Part shown: positions 1-8,910 of the stretch, piece after piece | Position numbering within the stretch: position 1 is the first letter of the stretch | Layout: each line of letters starts with the position of its first letter | NCBI GenBank assembly: GCA_963836205.1 | Contig: CAWIIV010000022.1 | Span: forward strand, 38,935 to 102,934 | Length of the DNA: 64,000 nt | Direction of reading: 5' to 3' | DNA from: an uncultured Acidimicrobiia bacterium | GTDB taxonomy: Bacteria; Actinomycetota; Acidimicrobiia; Acidimicrobiales; AC-14 | Notes under the pieces: generated by a model | Databases searched by the model: none | What the model was told of the DNA's origin: nothing | Seen by the model: the letters and a program-made list of their open reading frames with translations, nothing else | Program-made: the position numbers and the translations under genes

Positions 1-1
1 C

Positions 2-157
2 TCGAAAATGAGGGCGCAGCAGAGTCGACTCGATGCTCTTGACCAAGGGGTATTCCTGCAATACGCGCTTGCGGCTCGGGACCAGGCGGAGACATGGTTG
101 GCCGAACCCTCTTTGGCAACTGAATATCTGAGAGTGGGCCGCGCCGCGAGTCCGTAA
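2..157 (+). CDS. 3' end of a hypothetical protein running in from the left edge
   Basis: Frame 2 is open from the edge to TAA at 155-157 (SKMRAQQSRLDALDQGVFLQYALAARDQAETWLAEP...); lower-GC composition; no family recognised. Confidence 0.35.
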   Translation, partial: SKMRAQQSRLDALDQGVFLQYALAARDQAETWLAEPSLATEYLRVGRAASP

Positions 158-478
158 TGGATGTGACTCTGAACCGCCTGGAAGTTCGCGCGCGTTCCAC
201 GCTCAGAGCGGAACCGAGAGGGTTTCCTCGCATACCTGGCGTGACGTTCGCAGACTGGGCCGCCGAGGGGCGACTGAAGTCTTGCCGGACCGCCAACTGC
301 GGAAGCGGCCGGGCCCATGGGCATTCGGTCCCGGGTCCCACCCCTCCAGTCTCAGCTTGGTTAGGCCGGCGCGCCAGGAGCCGGGTCCCGGCGGGGGCGT
401 GATGCTGGTCGGCTCGGAGATGACGGAGGCGGCCAGCGGTTGGCGCTGGCCGTCCCCGTCTCCGTCACCGTCTCGGCG

Positions 479-2098
479 TCAGGGACAGTTGCCGATGTCG
501 CTCTCGGACGAGGCCACCACGATGTTGGTGACGGCCAGGCCGACGACGTTGACCCGCACATGGATGGCGTTGACCGTGAGGCCCATGTCCGGCGTGGTGA
601 ATGGGATCTGCTCGTTGAGCATGAGGCTGACCACGCCCACCGTGATCCCGGTGTTGGGCGGGATGTTGGTCGGTGTCGCGATCACCACGGTGCCGCCTAC
701 CTTGAGGAAGGCGATCGTGGTGGTGCCGGTCGAGCCGGCGCACGTGGTGGTCGATGTCGACTGGACCGTCCTGATGGTGACCGCCGGGATCGTCGGGACG
801 CCAACGGCGGCGTCGGCGAGAGAGGCGGTGGCCGTCGAGGTGCCCGGGGGGGCGACGGTGGTCACGTTGGCGCACAGCACGTGGGCGCTCACCAGGCCGG
901 GAAGGGTGGCCCGGCACGGCGTGGTGGTCGTCGACGATGCCGACGTGGAGATGTTGCCCGTGTCCGGGGTCGGCGCCACGTTGACGAGGGGAATGCCGGC
1001 CAGGGTGGCGGTCGCCGTCAACCCGAAGGCCCGTCCGGTCATGATCGGGGCGGTGACGATCACCGTCTCGCTCCCGCACCCGGAGACGGCGGACGCGTTG
1101 TTGGCGTCACCCTCGTAGGTGGCGACCCAGTCGTACGTGCCTTCCCCGGTCACCGTGACGTCGCCCGACGACGCCGTCCGGGCCGCCAACGTGCCCGTGG
1201 TGGAGGTGAAGGTTCCGGTGCACAGGGGGTCGGCCGGACCGAAGAGCTGGAAGGTGACGTCGCCGGAGGGCGACAGCCCACCGCTCACGGTGGCCGAGTC
1301 GGAGATGGTTCCGCCGACGGTGCCGTTGCCCGACGGGGTCGTCGAGATGCCCAGGGGCGGCGGCGGCGGGATCTCGCCCGAGCAGGTGCTGACGTGGCTG
1401 GTGTCCATCGTCACCGCGCCGGTGTGGGCGTACAGGCTGCCGGTGCTGTTGGCCCCGGTGGCGAGCGTGATCGAGGTGTTGGCAATGATGTTGCCCAGGA
1501 AGATCGATCCGGAGCCGACGGTGGCGCTGCTGCCGATCAGCCAGGTGACGTTGTTGCCGCACTGCGATCCGCCGTTGACGAGCACGACGGCGGCGTCGCT
1601 GGCGGTGGTGAGGGCGCTGGTGACCTGGAACAGCCACTTGGCGGTGGGGCTGCCCTGGGCGTCGAGGCGGAGGACGCCGGTGAGCTGGGCCGAGCTGTCG
1701 AAGCAGTAGACGGCGGGAGGAAGGGTCATGCCCCCGAGGTCGAGGCCGCTGAGGTTGGTGTCACACGGCTGCCCGACGGCGTGGCCGTAGGCGGTGCCGA
1801 TGTCGGCCTGGGCCGCGGTGGAGACCGGTGTGCTCTGGACGATACCGCCGACGACGGCGCCGGGCGGGAACCCCGAGATCGACGAGCCGGGGCTGACCCC
1901 GAGGTCGCCGGTGACGACCGTCGCCCCGGTGTTGCTCACCGCGCTGCCGCCGAGCACGGCGAACGTCGCCGCCGTCCCGAGGGGCGGGTTGACTGCTGCC
2001 GCCGCCGCCGGCTGGGCGAGGACGAGTGGGAAGAGAAGCAAGCCCGCGGCGAGGGCGGGAAGCATTCGGTGGGCGAGGCGAGATCGAGTTCGGGTCAT
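479..2098 (-). CDS. Secreted ice-binding family protein (DUF3494) with Ig-like middle part and choice-of-anchor P-like C-terminal domain
   Basis: Signal peptide (MTRTRSRL...AQPAAAAA); DUF3494-type motifs LGTAATFAVLGGSAVSNTGATVVTGDLGVSPG, TLPPAVYCFDSSAQLTG, WLIGSSAT; C-terminal LNEQ...GLTVNAIHV; AGGGG RBS before ATG 2098. Confidence 0.85.
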   Translation of the reverse strand: MTRTRSRLAHRMLPALAAGLLLFPLVLAQPAAAAAVNPPLGTAATFAVLGGSAVSNTGATVVTGDLGVSPGSSISGFPPGAVVGGIVQSTPVSTAAQADIGTAYGHAVGQPCDTNLSGLDLGGMTLPPAVYCFDSSAQLTGVLRLDAQGSPTAKWLFQVTSALTTASDAAVVLVNGGSQCGNNVTWLIGSSATVGSGSIFLGNIIANTSITLATGANSTGSLYAHTGAVTMDTSHVSTCSGEIPPPPPLGISTTPSGNGTVGGTISDSATVSGGLSPSGDVTFQLFGPADPLCTGTFTSTTGTLAARTASSGDVTVTGEGTYDWVATYEGDANNASAVSGCGSETVIVTAPIMTGRAFGLTATATLAGIPLVNVAPTPDTGNISTSASSTTTTPCRATLPGLVSAHVLCANVTTVAPPGTSTATASLADAAVGVPTIPAVTIRTVQSTSTTTCAGSTGTTTIAFLKVGGTVVIATPTNIPPNTGITVGVVSLMLNEQIPFTTPDMGLTVNAIHVRVNVVGLAVTNIVVASSESDIGNCP

Positions 2099-2302
2099 GG
2101 GTTCCCCTGTGGCGAAGTGATGGTGCGGACATGGAGCAACATCCCGGCTGTGGTTGCGCGGGTGTCTGCTCGCTGCCCGATCGTCACTCGCCCATCTCCC
2201 CTCAGCGTCGTGGATCGCTGACGCTGCCGGGGTCCGGGGCAGGTGGGGCACGTCTACGCCCACCAGGACGGTGCCCTTTCAGGCACTCATCCTACGGTTC
2301 AT

Positions 2303-2332
2303 AAACTAGTCATACACCGTAACGACTGTCAA
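2303..2332 (-). promoter_or_regulatory. Housekeeping sigma70-type promoter for the ice-binding protein gene
   Basis: Minus strand TTGACA-18 nt-TAGTTT in an AT-rich patch, about 200 nt upstream of the start codon. Confidence 0.6.
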
Positions 2333-2457
2333 TTTTGGTTCATTTCATGTCATTCCGAATCGGAACGCTCCGGGAGCGTCCCGATCCGGCGCAGGTCTTG
2401 GGTCGGAAAAGGGGTGCTGCGCGGACCTTTTCGTGCCCACGACCGGCGCTGTCGGCG

Positions 2458-2916
2458 TCATGCCGGCGCTTCTGGCGAATTCTCGGGTGAAGGTACGCGG
2501 AACGGACTGACGATCACCAGATCGTCGAACCGGCGGCCTTCCTGGAGATCCTCAGTGAGCAGGGCTCGTGCTCCCGAGCGGCGGGCGGAGACGATGATGA
2601 GCGAGTCCCAGAACGACAGGTGATGCCGTTCCTCGAGCCCCGAAGCGGCGATGACGTCGTCGACGTCCGGGCGGTGGATCGGCCAAGTCCCGTAGGTGGC
2701 GACAACTTCGCCGGCGGTCCCTCGTGGCAGCGGTCGGCTGAGCTTGCGGGTGACAGTCACGTAGAACTCCTGAAGCACCTGCGTGCTCAGGAGGCCCGAT
2801 TCGTCCTCCCATAACGTCTGCAGCCACGCTCGTGCGGCAAGGTGCTTGTCGCCCGCGTCGGCGTCGTATGCGTACACGAGCACGTTGGCGTCGACGAAGG
2901 TCGGCTCACCGCTCAT
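2458..2916 (-). CDS. vapC: PIN-domain toxin (VapC family)
   Basis: FVDANVLVYAYD, QVLQEFY, SFWDSLI, LLTEDLQ PIN motifs; overlaps the upstream antitoxin. Confidence 0.9.
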   Translation of the reverse strand: MSGEPTFVDANVLVYAYDADAGDKHLAARAWLQTLWEDESGLLSTQVLQEFYVTVTRKLSRPLPRGTAGEVVATYGTWPIHRPDVDDVIAASGLEERHHLSFWDSLIIVSARRSGARALLTEDLQEGRRFDDLVIVSPFRVPSPENSPEAPA

Positions 2917-3139
2917 GGAGTGTGTCTCGATCAGGGAGGCTTCCGCCGCCGAGGTGGAATCCCCGGTTCAGCTGGGCCAATGCGGTCGACTTGGCCCGCC
3001 GGTAGGCATCGTCCTCACCGACCAGCCTGTGGATCTCGTGCGCGACGAGCTTGCTCACAGAGGTCGAACGTCTCGCCGCCAGCACCTTGGCTTTTGCGAC
3101 CGTGTCCTCGTCGAGCTGGACCGTGAGGTTTCGCTTCAT
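2906..3139 (-). CDS. Ribbon-helix-helix antitoxin
   Basis: MKRNLTVQLDEDTVAKAKVLAARRSTSVSKLV RHH pattern; directly upstream of the PIN gene. Confidence 0.85.
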   Translation of the reverse strand: MKRNLTVQLDEDTVAKAKVLAARRSTSVSKLVAHEIHRLVGEDDAYRRAKSTALAQLNRGFHLGGGSLPDRDTLHER

Positions 3140-3151
3140 GCGCCCGATGAT

Positions 3152-3182
3152 ACGTAAGTCACGTGCGGCACGTGACTTACGT
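3152..3182. promoter_or_regulatory. Perfect palindrome, likely TA autoregulatory operator
   Basis: ACGTAAGTCACGTGC-G-GCACGTGACTTACGT (15-bp arms) 12 nt upstream of the antitoxin ATG. Confidence 0.75.
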
Positions 3183-3195
3183 GGTGCGATTCGGC

Positions 3196-3678
3196 TCAGT
3201 CGACTTGGGGGCGTGCAGTTATTCGGAAACCTGTCGAGTACTCCTCGGAGAAGGGGTCCTTCACCGTGATGCCGCTGAACTTGCGGAGGTCGCGGTCGTG
3301 GCTCCAGATCGTCGACACCCCGTGTTCCCGCATGAGCGCGACGAGATGCGCATCGGGAACGACGTTGCCTCGCGGCTTCACGTCCGCCGCGACCCTTCGG
3401 AACGACGTCCAGAAGTCGTCGCCCTCGCCGACGACGCGGACGTGTGACGGCGCGAGGACGGCTTCGACATTCGAGACGGCCTCGTCGGTCGACAGCGGCG
3501 TTCCGAGGATCGCTGGATGCGTGACGATTCGCAGGTATCCGAGGACGGCCGGCCAGAGGAGGTAGGCGAGGCTGGGACCGGCGACGAGGTGCTCGACAAG
3601 CGCACGGGCCCGCTCATGGAAGGGGCTCCCGGTGTGGCTGGCGTACACCAGAACGTTGGTGTCGACGGTCTGGCTCAC
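3196..3678 (-). CDS. vapC: PIN-domain toxin (VapC, mycobacterial type)
   Basis: TVDTNVLVYA, YLRIVTHP, GNVVPDAHLVAL, HDRDLRKF; GTG start overlaps the antitoxin stop. Confidence 0.9.
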   Translation of the reverse strand: MSQTVDTNVLVYASHTGSPFHERARALVEHLVAGPSLAYLLWPAVLGYLRIVTHPAILGTPLSTDEAVSNVEAVLAPSHVRVVGEGDDFWTSFRRVAADVKPRGNVVPDAHLVALMREHGVSTIWSHDRDLRKFSGITVKDPFSEEYSTGFRITARPQVD

Positions 3679-3902
3679 GGCTCGTCGAGGATGGACCAGA
3701 CCGCGTCCTTGTCGTCGAGGTCGACGCGCGGCCGAAGATCCTTCGCGACCCACTCGAACGGTGGCGCAGGCTCGTCCTCCGACTCGATTGCCTTGGCCAC
3801 GAGCTCGGATACGAGTTGTCCCAGCGGCTTCCGCTCGCGCTCCTGTCGCTTTTTCAGCTGGCGGAGAACGGAGGCATCGATGTCGATGGTGGTCCTGGGC
3901 AC
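3675..3902 (-). CDS. vapB: VapB antitoxin
   Basis: MPRTTIDIDASVLRQLK RHH N-terminus; coupled to vapC. Confidence 0.85.
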   Translation of the reverse strand: MPRTTIDIDASVLRQLKKRQERERKPLGQLVSELVAKAIESEDEPAPPFEWVAKDLRPRVDLDDKDAVWSILDEP

Positions 3903-3935
3903 GCATCTGATGCTATCAGCGCGAACATCAGATGC
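3903..3935. promoter_or_regulatory. Inverted repeat operator of second vapBC
   Basis: GCATCTGATG-13 nt-CATCAGATGC abutting the antitoxin start codon. Confidence 0.7.
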
Positions 3936-4531
3936 AAGTGCTGCTGGTCGACTGGGAGAACGCGGCTATTCCAACCATGTCGAATGCCTGGCGACGGGCC
4001 CCCGTGGTGCCCCACCCGGTGCCGAGTGACAGCTCCCAGCGGCATCATGTTCCAATTTCAGCGAACCGCAGGACGACCGCCGTTGACCGGCTGGTGGAGC
4101 GGGTGCCTCCCCCGATCCGAATCGGGCTGTGGGTCCTCTGGGCGGTGGCGATCATCGCCATGCGGTGGGACGGCGTGGACGGTCATGCCTGGTCGCCCAT
4201 CTCTTGGGGGTTCGTCTGGCTCGGCGTCGGCGTTTGGCTGATCCTTCGGCTCAACCATCTCGTTGCGACCTTCGGGGATGCCGCTCGCCCCCCGCTCGAT
4301 CTGCTTTCTCTTGATCGGGAAGCAGCTCTTCTGGTCCTGGCGACTGGAGGGCTCCTGGTCGTGGGCCCCTGGTGGGTGCTGGACGGCGACCCCTCGACCA
4401 ACCCCCTGATCGGCGGGGCCCTTTTCCTGGTCGGGCTGGTCCTGACGTGTCTGTTCGTCCGCTACCTGCTCAAGCCCGTCCGGGGCGGGGCCGGTCCGGC
4501 CTCCCCCTGGCGGGCGAAGGGCCCTTGGTAG
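3932..4531 (+). CDS. Hypothetical multi-pass membrane protein (true start probably downstream)
   Basis: About four hydrophobic segments; no family recognised. Confidence 0.5.
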   Translation: MQVLLVDWENAAIPTMSNAWRRAPVVPHPVPSDSSQRHHVPISANRRTTAVDRLVERVPPPIRIGLWVLWAVAIIAMRWDGVDGHAWSPISWGFVWLGVGVWLILRLNHLVATFGDAARPPLDLLSLDREAALLVLATGGLLVVGPWWVLDGDPSTNPLIGGALFLVGLVLTCLFVRYLLKPVRGGAGPASPWRAKGPW

Positions 4532-4596
4532 GAAACGCAGAACCTGCCGAAGGCCCATCGTCGGCGCGGGGAGCGTGGCGCGGCAACAGTTGCGCC

Positions 4597-5055
4597 GTGG
4601 GCCTCTTGAGAAAGCTTGACGATCTCGACCGGCGCTTCGGTGCCCGAGCGGCCCACACGACTGACTGGGAACAGCGCCCAGCCGTGGCCAACCGAACGCC
4701 GTTGTGGCTGATCGCTGGATCGGTGGCGCTGCTCATCGTGCCAGCGATGGCGATCCTTCTCGTTCAGACAGTGCGGAACCAGCAGGAGGACAACAACGTC
4801 CGGGCGGAGCTCGAGCCGGGACGGTGCCCTGGCGGTCGGTGCCGCCACCGATTTCAAGCGCCCGACTCGCGGGCACGTCTTCCCAGCCGTGATGCGCGTT
4901 GAGTTCATGACAGACACGGGAATGTCGCAGGCGACGAGACACCCCACCGCGACCGGTGGATCATCGCCGCGGGCTGGGGACCCACGTTCTTGGTCATCAT
5001 GGTCGTGGTCCTGGGGCTGACAGAGGGCTTTCGACGGGAGTCGGCTGAGCCCTGA
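4597..5055 (+). pseudogene. Frameshifted hypothetical membrane protein
   Basis: MGLLRKLDDLDRRF...TM segment, with plausible protein continuing in other frames to ...WIIAAGWGPTFLVIMVVVLGL...EP stop. Confidence 0.35.
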
Positions 5056-5098
5056 CCGGCCCTGTGGGGTCAGACGGGATTTCGCCTAGTTGGTTAAG

Positions 5099-5986
5099 TT
5101 AGATGTTCGACGGGAGGAGGCGGGCGAAGTTCTCGAAGAAGACGAACAGGACGCCGAGGAAGATCGGGGTGCCGACCAGGTAGGCCATCCAGCCCCGGTC
5201 CCAGAGGCGGGACAGCCACCAGGTGGCCAGCCACACGGCGGCGCACAGGATGCCCCAGCCCACGGCGGGGCCGCGGGCGGCCGAATCGCCCGAGAGGCCG
5301 GCGAGGCCGTCGGCGGCCAGCTCGGTGGGGGGCGTGACGACGGAGCCTTCGGGGGGCGGGGGAGGGGTGACCGGCGTGGTCACCAGCCTGGCGCTCACGA
5401 TGAGCCGTTCGGCGGCGGAGTACCGCGGGTTGCAGGTGGTGAGCGTGAGCCGGTTGTCGTCGGTGGGGTTGAGGACCTCGACCGCGTCGGGCGAGACGAT
5501 CTGCGTGTCGATGACCTCGTACCGGAACTCCCCCACGCCGGTGGTGACCATGATGGAGTCGCCGAGCACGAGGTCGCTCAGGTCGTAGAACGGGGCGCCG
5601 TAGGTGGTGCGGTGCCCGGCGATGGCGGCGTTGCCGGGCTCGCCCGGCATCGGGGTGCCCGGGTAGTGGCCGGGGGCCTTCTTGAGGTCCTCCACGCCGA
5701 CGCCCTCGACGATGTACTTGTCGATGTTGGCCTTGGGGATGACGATGCGGCCGATGGCATCGCCCACCTGGGGCGGCAGGGTGGTCGGTGGGATCGTCGG
5801 TTCTGTCGTCTGCGCCGACGGCACCGTGGTGGGCACCGAGATCCGGGAGAAACTCTCCTCCAGGTCGTTCTGGGCCCGGGCCTCGTGGAGGCCTGTCCCC
5901 CACAGCTGGTAGGCCACGAAGAGCAGGATCAGGACCCCGGACGAGATCAACGTCTTGCCGGTGCCGCGCACCACTTGCCTGAGCAT
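5099..5986 (-). CDS. Class E sortase with C-terminal membrane segments
   Basis: N-terminal TM, GHYPGT, AIAGHRTTYGAPF, LTLTTCNP...RL catalytic motifs. Confidence 0.92.
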   Translation of the reverse strand: MLRQVVRGTGKTLISSGVLILLFVAYQLWGTGLHEARAQNDLEESFSRISVPTTVPSAQTTEPTIPPTTLPPQVGDAIGRIVIPKANIDKYIVEGVGVEDLKKAPGHYPGTPMPGEPGNAAIAGHRTTYGAPFYDLSDLVLGDSIMVTTGVGEFRYEVIDTQIVSPDAVEVLNPTDDNRLTLTTCNPRYSAAERLIVSARLVTTPVTPPPPPEGSVVTPPTELAADGLAGLSGDSAARGPAVGWGILCAAVWLATWWLSRLWDRGWMAYLVGTPIFLGVLFVFFENFARLLPSNI

Positions 5987-6042
5987 TGGCGGTGAACTTA
6001 CTGCCGCTTGGACCATCGTTCCTGGTCGCCGGTACCGTGGAC

Positions 6043-6810
6043 ATGGTCCCGATGACCCCGATCACCCCCCCAGGCGAGGAAATCACTCCTCCGAACTTCG
6101 CCGTCCGCTTCCGCTCCGCAGTGTCGCTGCTGGGCCGGTTCCCTGCCCTGGCGGGCGTCGATCTCGACGTCGCCGCGGGGGAGGTGGTCCTCGTCCGGGG
6201 ACCCAACGGTGCCGGCAAGACCACCCTGCTGCGAGCGTGCGCGGGCCTGGTGGGCATCTCCTCGGGGGAGGCCGAGGTCCTCGGGCACGACCTCAGGGCC
6301 GACCGCCGGGCCATCCGCCGCCGGGTGGGCCTGCTGGGCCACGCCGCCTTCCTCTACGACGACCTCACCGTGGCCGACAACCTTCGCTTCGCGGCCCGGG
6401 CGTCGGGGTCGTCGAAGGCGGCGGCCGACGCCGCCAGTGCCCGCCTGGGCCTCGACGGCCGCCTGCGTGATCTCCCCGCGGCCAAGCTCTCCGCCGGGCA
6501 GCGGCGGCGGGTGGCCCTGGCCGCGGTCGTCGCCCGCCAACCCGACCTGTGGCTGCTCGACGAGCCCCATGCCGGCCTCGACGCCGCCGGGCGCGACCTC
6601 CTCGACGAGCTCGTCCGGGAAGCGGCCGCCGCCGGCGCCACCGTCCTGCTCGCCTCCCACGAGCTGGAGCGGGCGAGCGCCCTCGCCACCCGGTCCGTCG
6701 TCATCGCCGGGGGACGGATCCGCGACGGCCTTCTGCCGCCGCCGACGTCGCCCGGGCCGCCGCCGATTTCGCCCCCGGCCACCGGCAAGGAGCCCGTCCA
6801 TGTGGCGTGA
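6043..6810 (+). CDS. ccmA: Heme ABC exporter ATP-binding protein CcmA
   Basis: GPNGAGKT, LSAGQRRR, LWLLDEP; first gene of the ccm cluster. Confidence 0.85.
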   Translation: MVPMTPITPPGEEITPPNFAVRFRSAVSLLGRFPALAGVDLDVAAGEVVLVRGPNGAGKTTLLRACAGLVGISSGEAEVLGHDLRADRRAIRRRVGLLGHAAFLYDDLTVADNLRFAARASGSSKAAADAASARLGLDGRLRDLPAAKLSAGQRRRVALAAVVARQPDLWLLDEPHAGLDAAGRDLLDELVREAAAAGATVLLASHELERASALATRSVVIAGGRIRDGLLPPPTSPGPPPISPPATGKEPVHVA

Positions 6811-7468
6811 CGCGGCCCTGGTGGCGGGCAAGGACCTGCGGGTGGAGGCCCGGTCGCGGGTCGGTGTCAACCAGGTGGTGCCCTTCGCCCTGCTCATCCT
6901 GGTCCTGTTCGCCTTCGCCCTCGACTCCGACCGCGAGGTGCTGACCAAGGTCGGGCCCGGCCTGTTCTGGGTGGCGGTTATGTTCTCCGCCCTCCTCGGA
7001 ATCCAGCGATCGTTCGTCATCGAGGCCGACGACGACGCCCGCGACGCCCTGCGCCTGTCCGGCCTCGACGGGGCCGGCATCTTCCTGGGCAAGGCGGGGG
7101 CGGTGGCGGTGCAGCTGGTCGTGCTGGAGGTTGTGCTGGCGGTGGGGGTGATCGTCCTCTACGACGTCCACCTGCAAAGCCCGATCCTCCTCCTGCTCAC
7201 CTGCCTGACCGCGACGATCGGGCTGGCCGCCGCCGGTACGGTCTACGGCATCATCGCCGCAGGTCTCCGGGTGCGCGACACCCTCCTCCCGCTGCTCGTC
7301 CTGCCCGTCCTGGCCCCGGTGCTGCTGGCCGCGGCCCGGGCCTGCGACGCCGCGCTCGCCGGCACCCCGTCCGACGGCTGGCCCTGGGTCCGGCTCCTCG
7401 GCGTGTTCGCCACCATCTATGTCGCCTTCGGTGTCGTCGCCTTCGGCGCCCTCTTGGAAGAAGCCTGA
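6800..7468 (+). CDS. ccmB: Heme exporter permease CcmB
   Basis: MWRDAALVAGKDLRVEARS, RSFVIEADD, LLPLLVLPVLAPVL. Confidence 0.9.
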   Translation: MWRDAALVAGKDLRVEARSRVGVNQVVPFALLILVLFAFALDSDREVLTKVGPGLFWVAVMFSALLGIQRSFVIEADDDARDALRLSGLDGAGIFLGKAGAVAVQLVVLEVVLAVGVIVLYDVHLQSPILLLLTCLTATIGLAAAGTVYGIIAAGLRVRDTLLPLLVLPVLAPVLLAAARACDAALAGTPSDGWPWVRLLGVFATIYVAFGVVAFGALLEEA

Positions 7469-8346
7469 TGAGAACCCGCGCCACCCGCATCCTGGGGTGG
7501 GCGACCGCGCTGTCGCTCGCCCTCACCGCCGTCCTCGCCCTCGCCGTGTCGCCGGCCGACGTCAACCAGAAGGACGCCGTCCGGCTGCTCTACCTGCACG
7601 TTCCCACCGCCTGGCTGGCGATGTACGTGTCGTTCGGGGTCACCAGCCTGGCCAGCGCCCTCTACCTCTGGCCCCGCACCCGCAGCCGCTTCTGGGACCT
7701 CACCGCGGGGGCGTCGGCCGAGATCGGCGTCGTGTTCCTCGGCCTGACGCTCCTCATCGGGTCGATCTGGGGCCGCACCACCTGGGGCGTGTGGTGGACG
7801 TGGGACGCCCGCCTGACGACGACCGCGGTCCTGTTCGTCCTTTACCTCGGCTACCTGGCCGTGCGCCGGGTGGTGGCCGACCCCGAGGTGGCGGCCAAGC
7901 GGGCCGCCATCGTGGCCATCGCCGCCTTCCTCGACGTCCCCCTCGTCCACAAGTCGGTGGAGTGGTGGCGCACCCTCCACCAGCCGGCCAGCCTCTTCGA
8001 CCAGCGACGGCTGCTCGACCCGCAGATCACGGGCGTCATGCTCCTCACCCTGCTGGTGGCGGTGTTCGCCTTCACCCTCCTCTACGCCTGGCTGCTGGTC
8101 CACCGCTTCCGGCTGGCGTGGCTGGAGGACCGGGCCGGCGACCGGCGCATGGAGGTGGCCCTGGCCGAGCGCCACGCCGAGGCGGGGATGGCCGACGGGG
8201 CCGGACTGGCCGACGGGGCCGGACTGGCGGATGGGGCCGGACTGGCGGACGGGGCCGGACTGGCCGACGGGGCCGGATTGGCCGTCGGGGCCCCGACCGA
8301 GCCTGGGACGAGCCTGCCCCGTGCCACCCTGGAGCCCACGCCATGA
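7468..8346 (+). CDS. ccmC: Cytochrome c biogenesis protein CcmC
   Basis: [25 protein letters not shown] (WWD domain), WWRTLHQ. Confidence 0.93.
   Translation: MRTRATRILGWATALSLALTAVLALAVSPADVNQKDAVRLLYLHVPTAWLAMYVSFGVTSLASALYLWPRTRSRFWDLTAGASAEIGVVFLGLTLLIGSIWGRTTWGVWWTWDARLTTTAVLFVLYLGYLAVRRVVADPEVAAKRAAIVAIAAFLDVPLVHKSVEWWRTLHQPASLFDQRRLLDPQITGVMLLTLLVAVFAFTLLYAWLLVHRFRLAWLEDRAGDRRMEVALAERHAEAGMADGAGLADGAGLADGAGLADGAGLADGAGLAVGAPTEPGTSLPRATLEPTP
8191..8290 (+). repeat. In-frame 18-bp tandem repeat (ADGAGL x5 plus partial) in the CcmC tail
   Basis: GCCGACGGGGCCGGACTG-like unit repeated. Confidence 0.85.
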
Positions 8347-8489
8347 CCCACGCCGCTTACATCTTCGCCGGCTACGGCCTCACCACTGCTGTCCTCGCCG
8401 GCTACGCGGCCTGGGTGGTCAGCCGCCGCCGGAGCCTGGCTCGCGCCCTCGGGCTCGACCACGGCTCGCGGGCCTCCTCCTCTGAGTGA
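8343..8489 (+). CDS. ccmD: CcmD-like small membrane protein
   Basis: 48 aa, [30 protein letters not shown]; between ccmC and ccmE with ATGA overlap. Confidence 0.7.
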   Translation: MTHAAYIFAGYGLTTAVLAGYAAWVVSRRRSLARALGLDHGSRASSSE

Positions 8490-8502
8490 CCGGTAGCAGA
8501 AG

Positions 8503-8910
8503 GTGAGCAGGCGCAACTGGATCGCGGTGACGCTGGTGCTCGCCGCCCTCGCGTTCCTCGTGTACCAGGGCCTGGGCAACGCCACCCTGTACTTCCGCAC
8601 GGCCGACGAGGCGGTGGCCCAGCGGGAGGAGCTCGGCGACCGCCGTTTCCGCATCGAGGGCAATGTCCTCGATCCGGTGGCCCAGGAGGGAGAGTTCGTC
8701 CGCTTCCAGATCGAGTCCAACGGGGTCGAGGTGCCGATCACCCACAAGGGTGACCCGCCGGAGCTGTTCCAGCCGGGCATCCCGGTGGTGCTCGAGGGCC
8801 GGTTCCAGGGGGAGGGCTTCTCCAGTGACCGCATCCTGGTGAAGCACTCGGAGACCTACGTGGCCGAGAACCCCGAGCGGGTCACGACGGTCCCCGGCAC
8901 CAGCCCGTGA
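8503..8910 (+). CDS. ccmE: Heme chaperone CcmE
   Basis: N-terminal TM, PELFQPGIPVVLEG, KHSETY (HxxxY). Confidence 0.92.
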   Translation: MSRRNWIAVTLVLAALAFLVYQGLGNATLYFRTADEAVAQREELGDRRFRIEGNVLDPVAQEGEFVRFQIESNGVEVPITHKGDPPELFQPGIPVVLEGRFQGEGFSSDRILVKHSETYVAENPERVTTVPGTSP

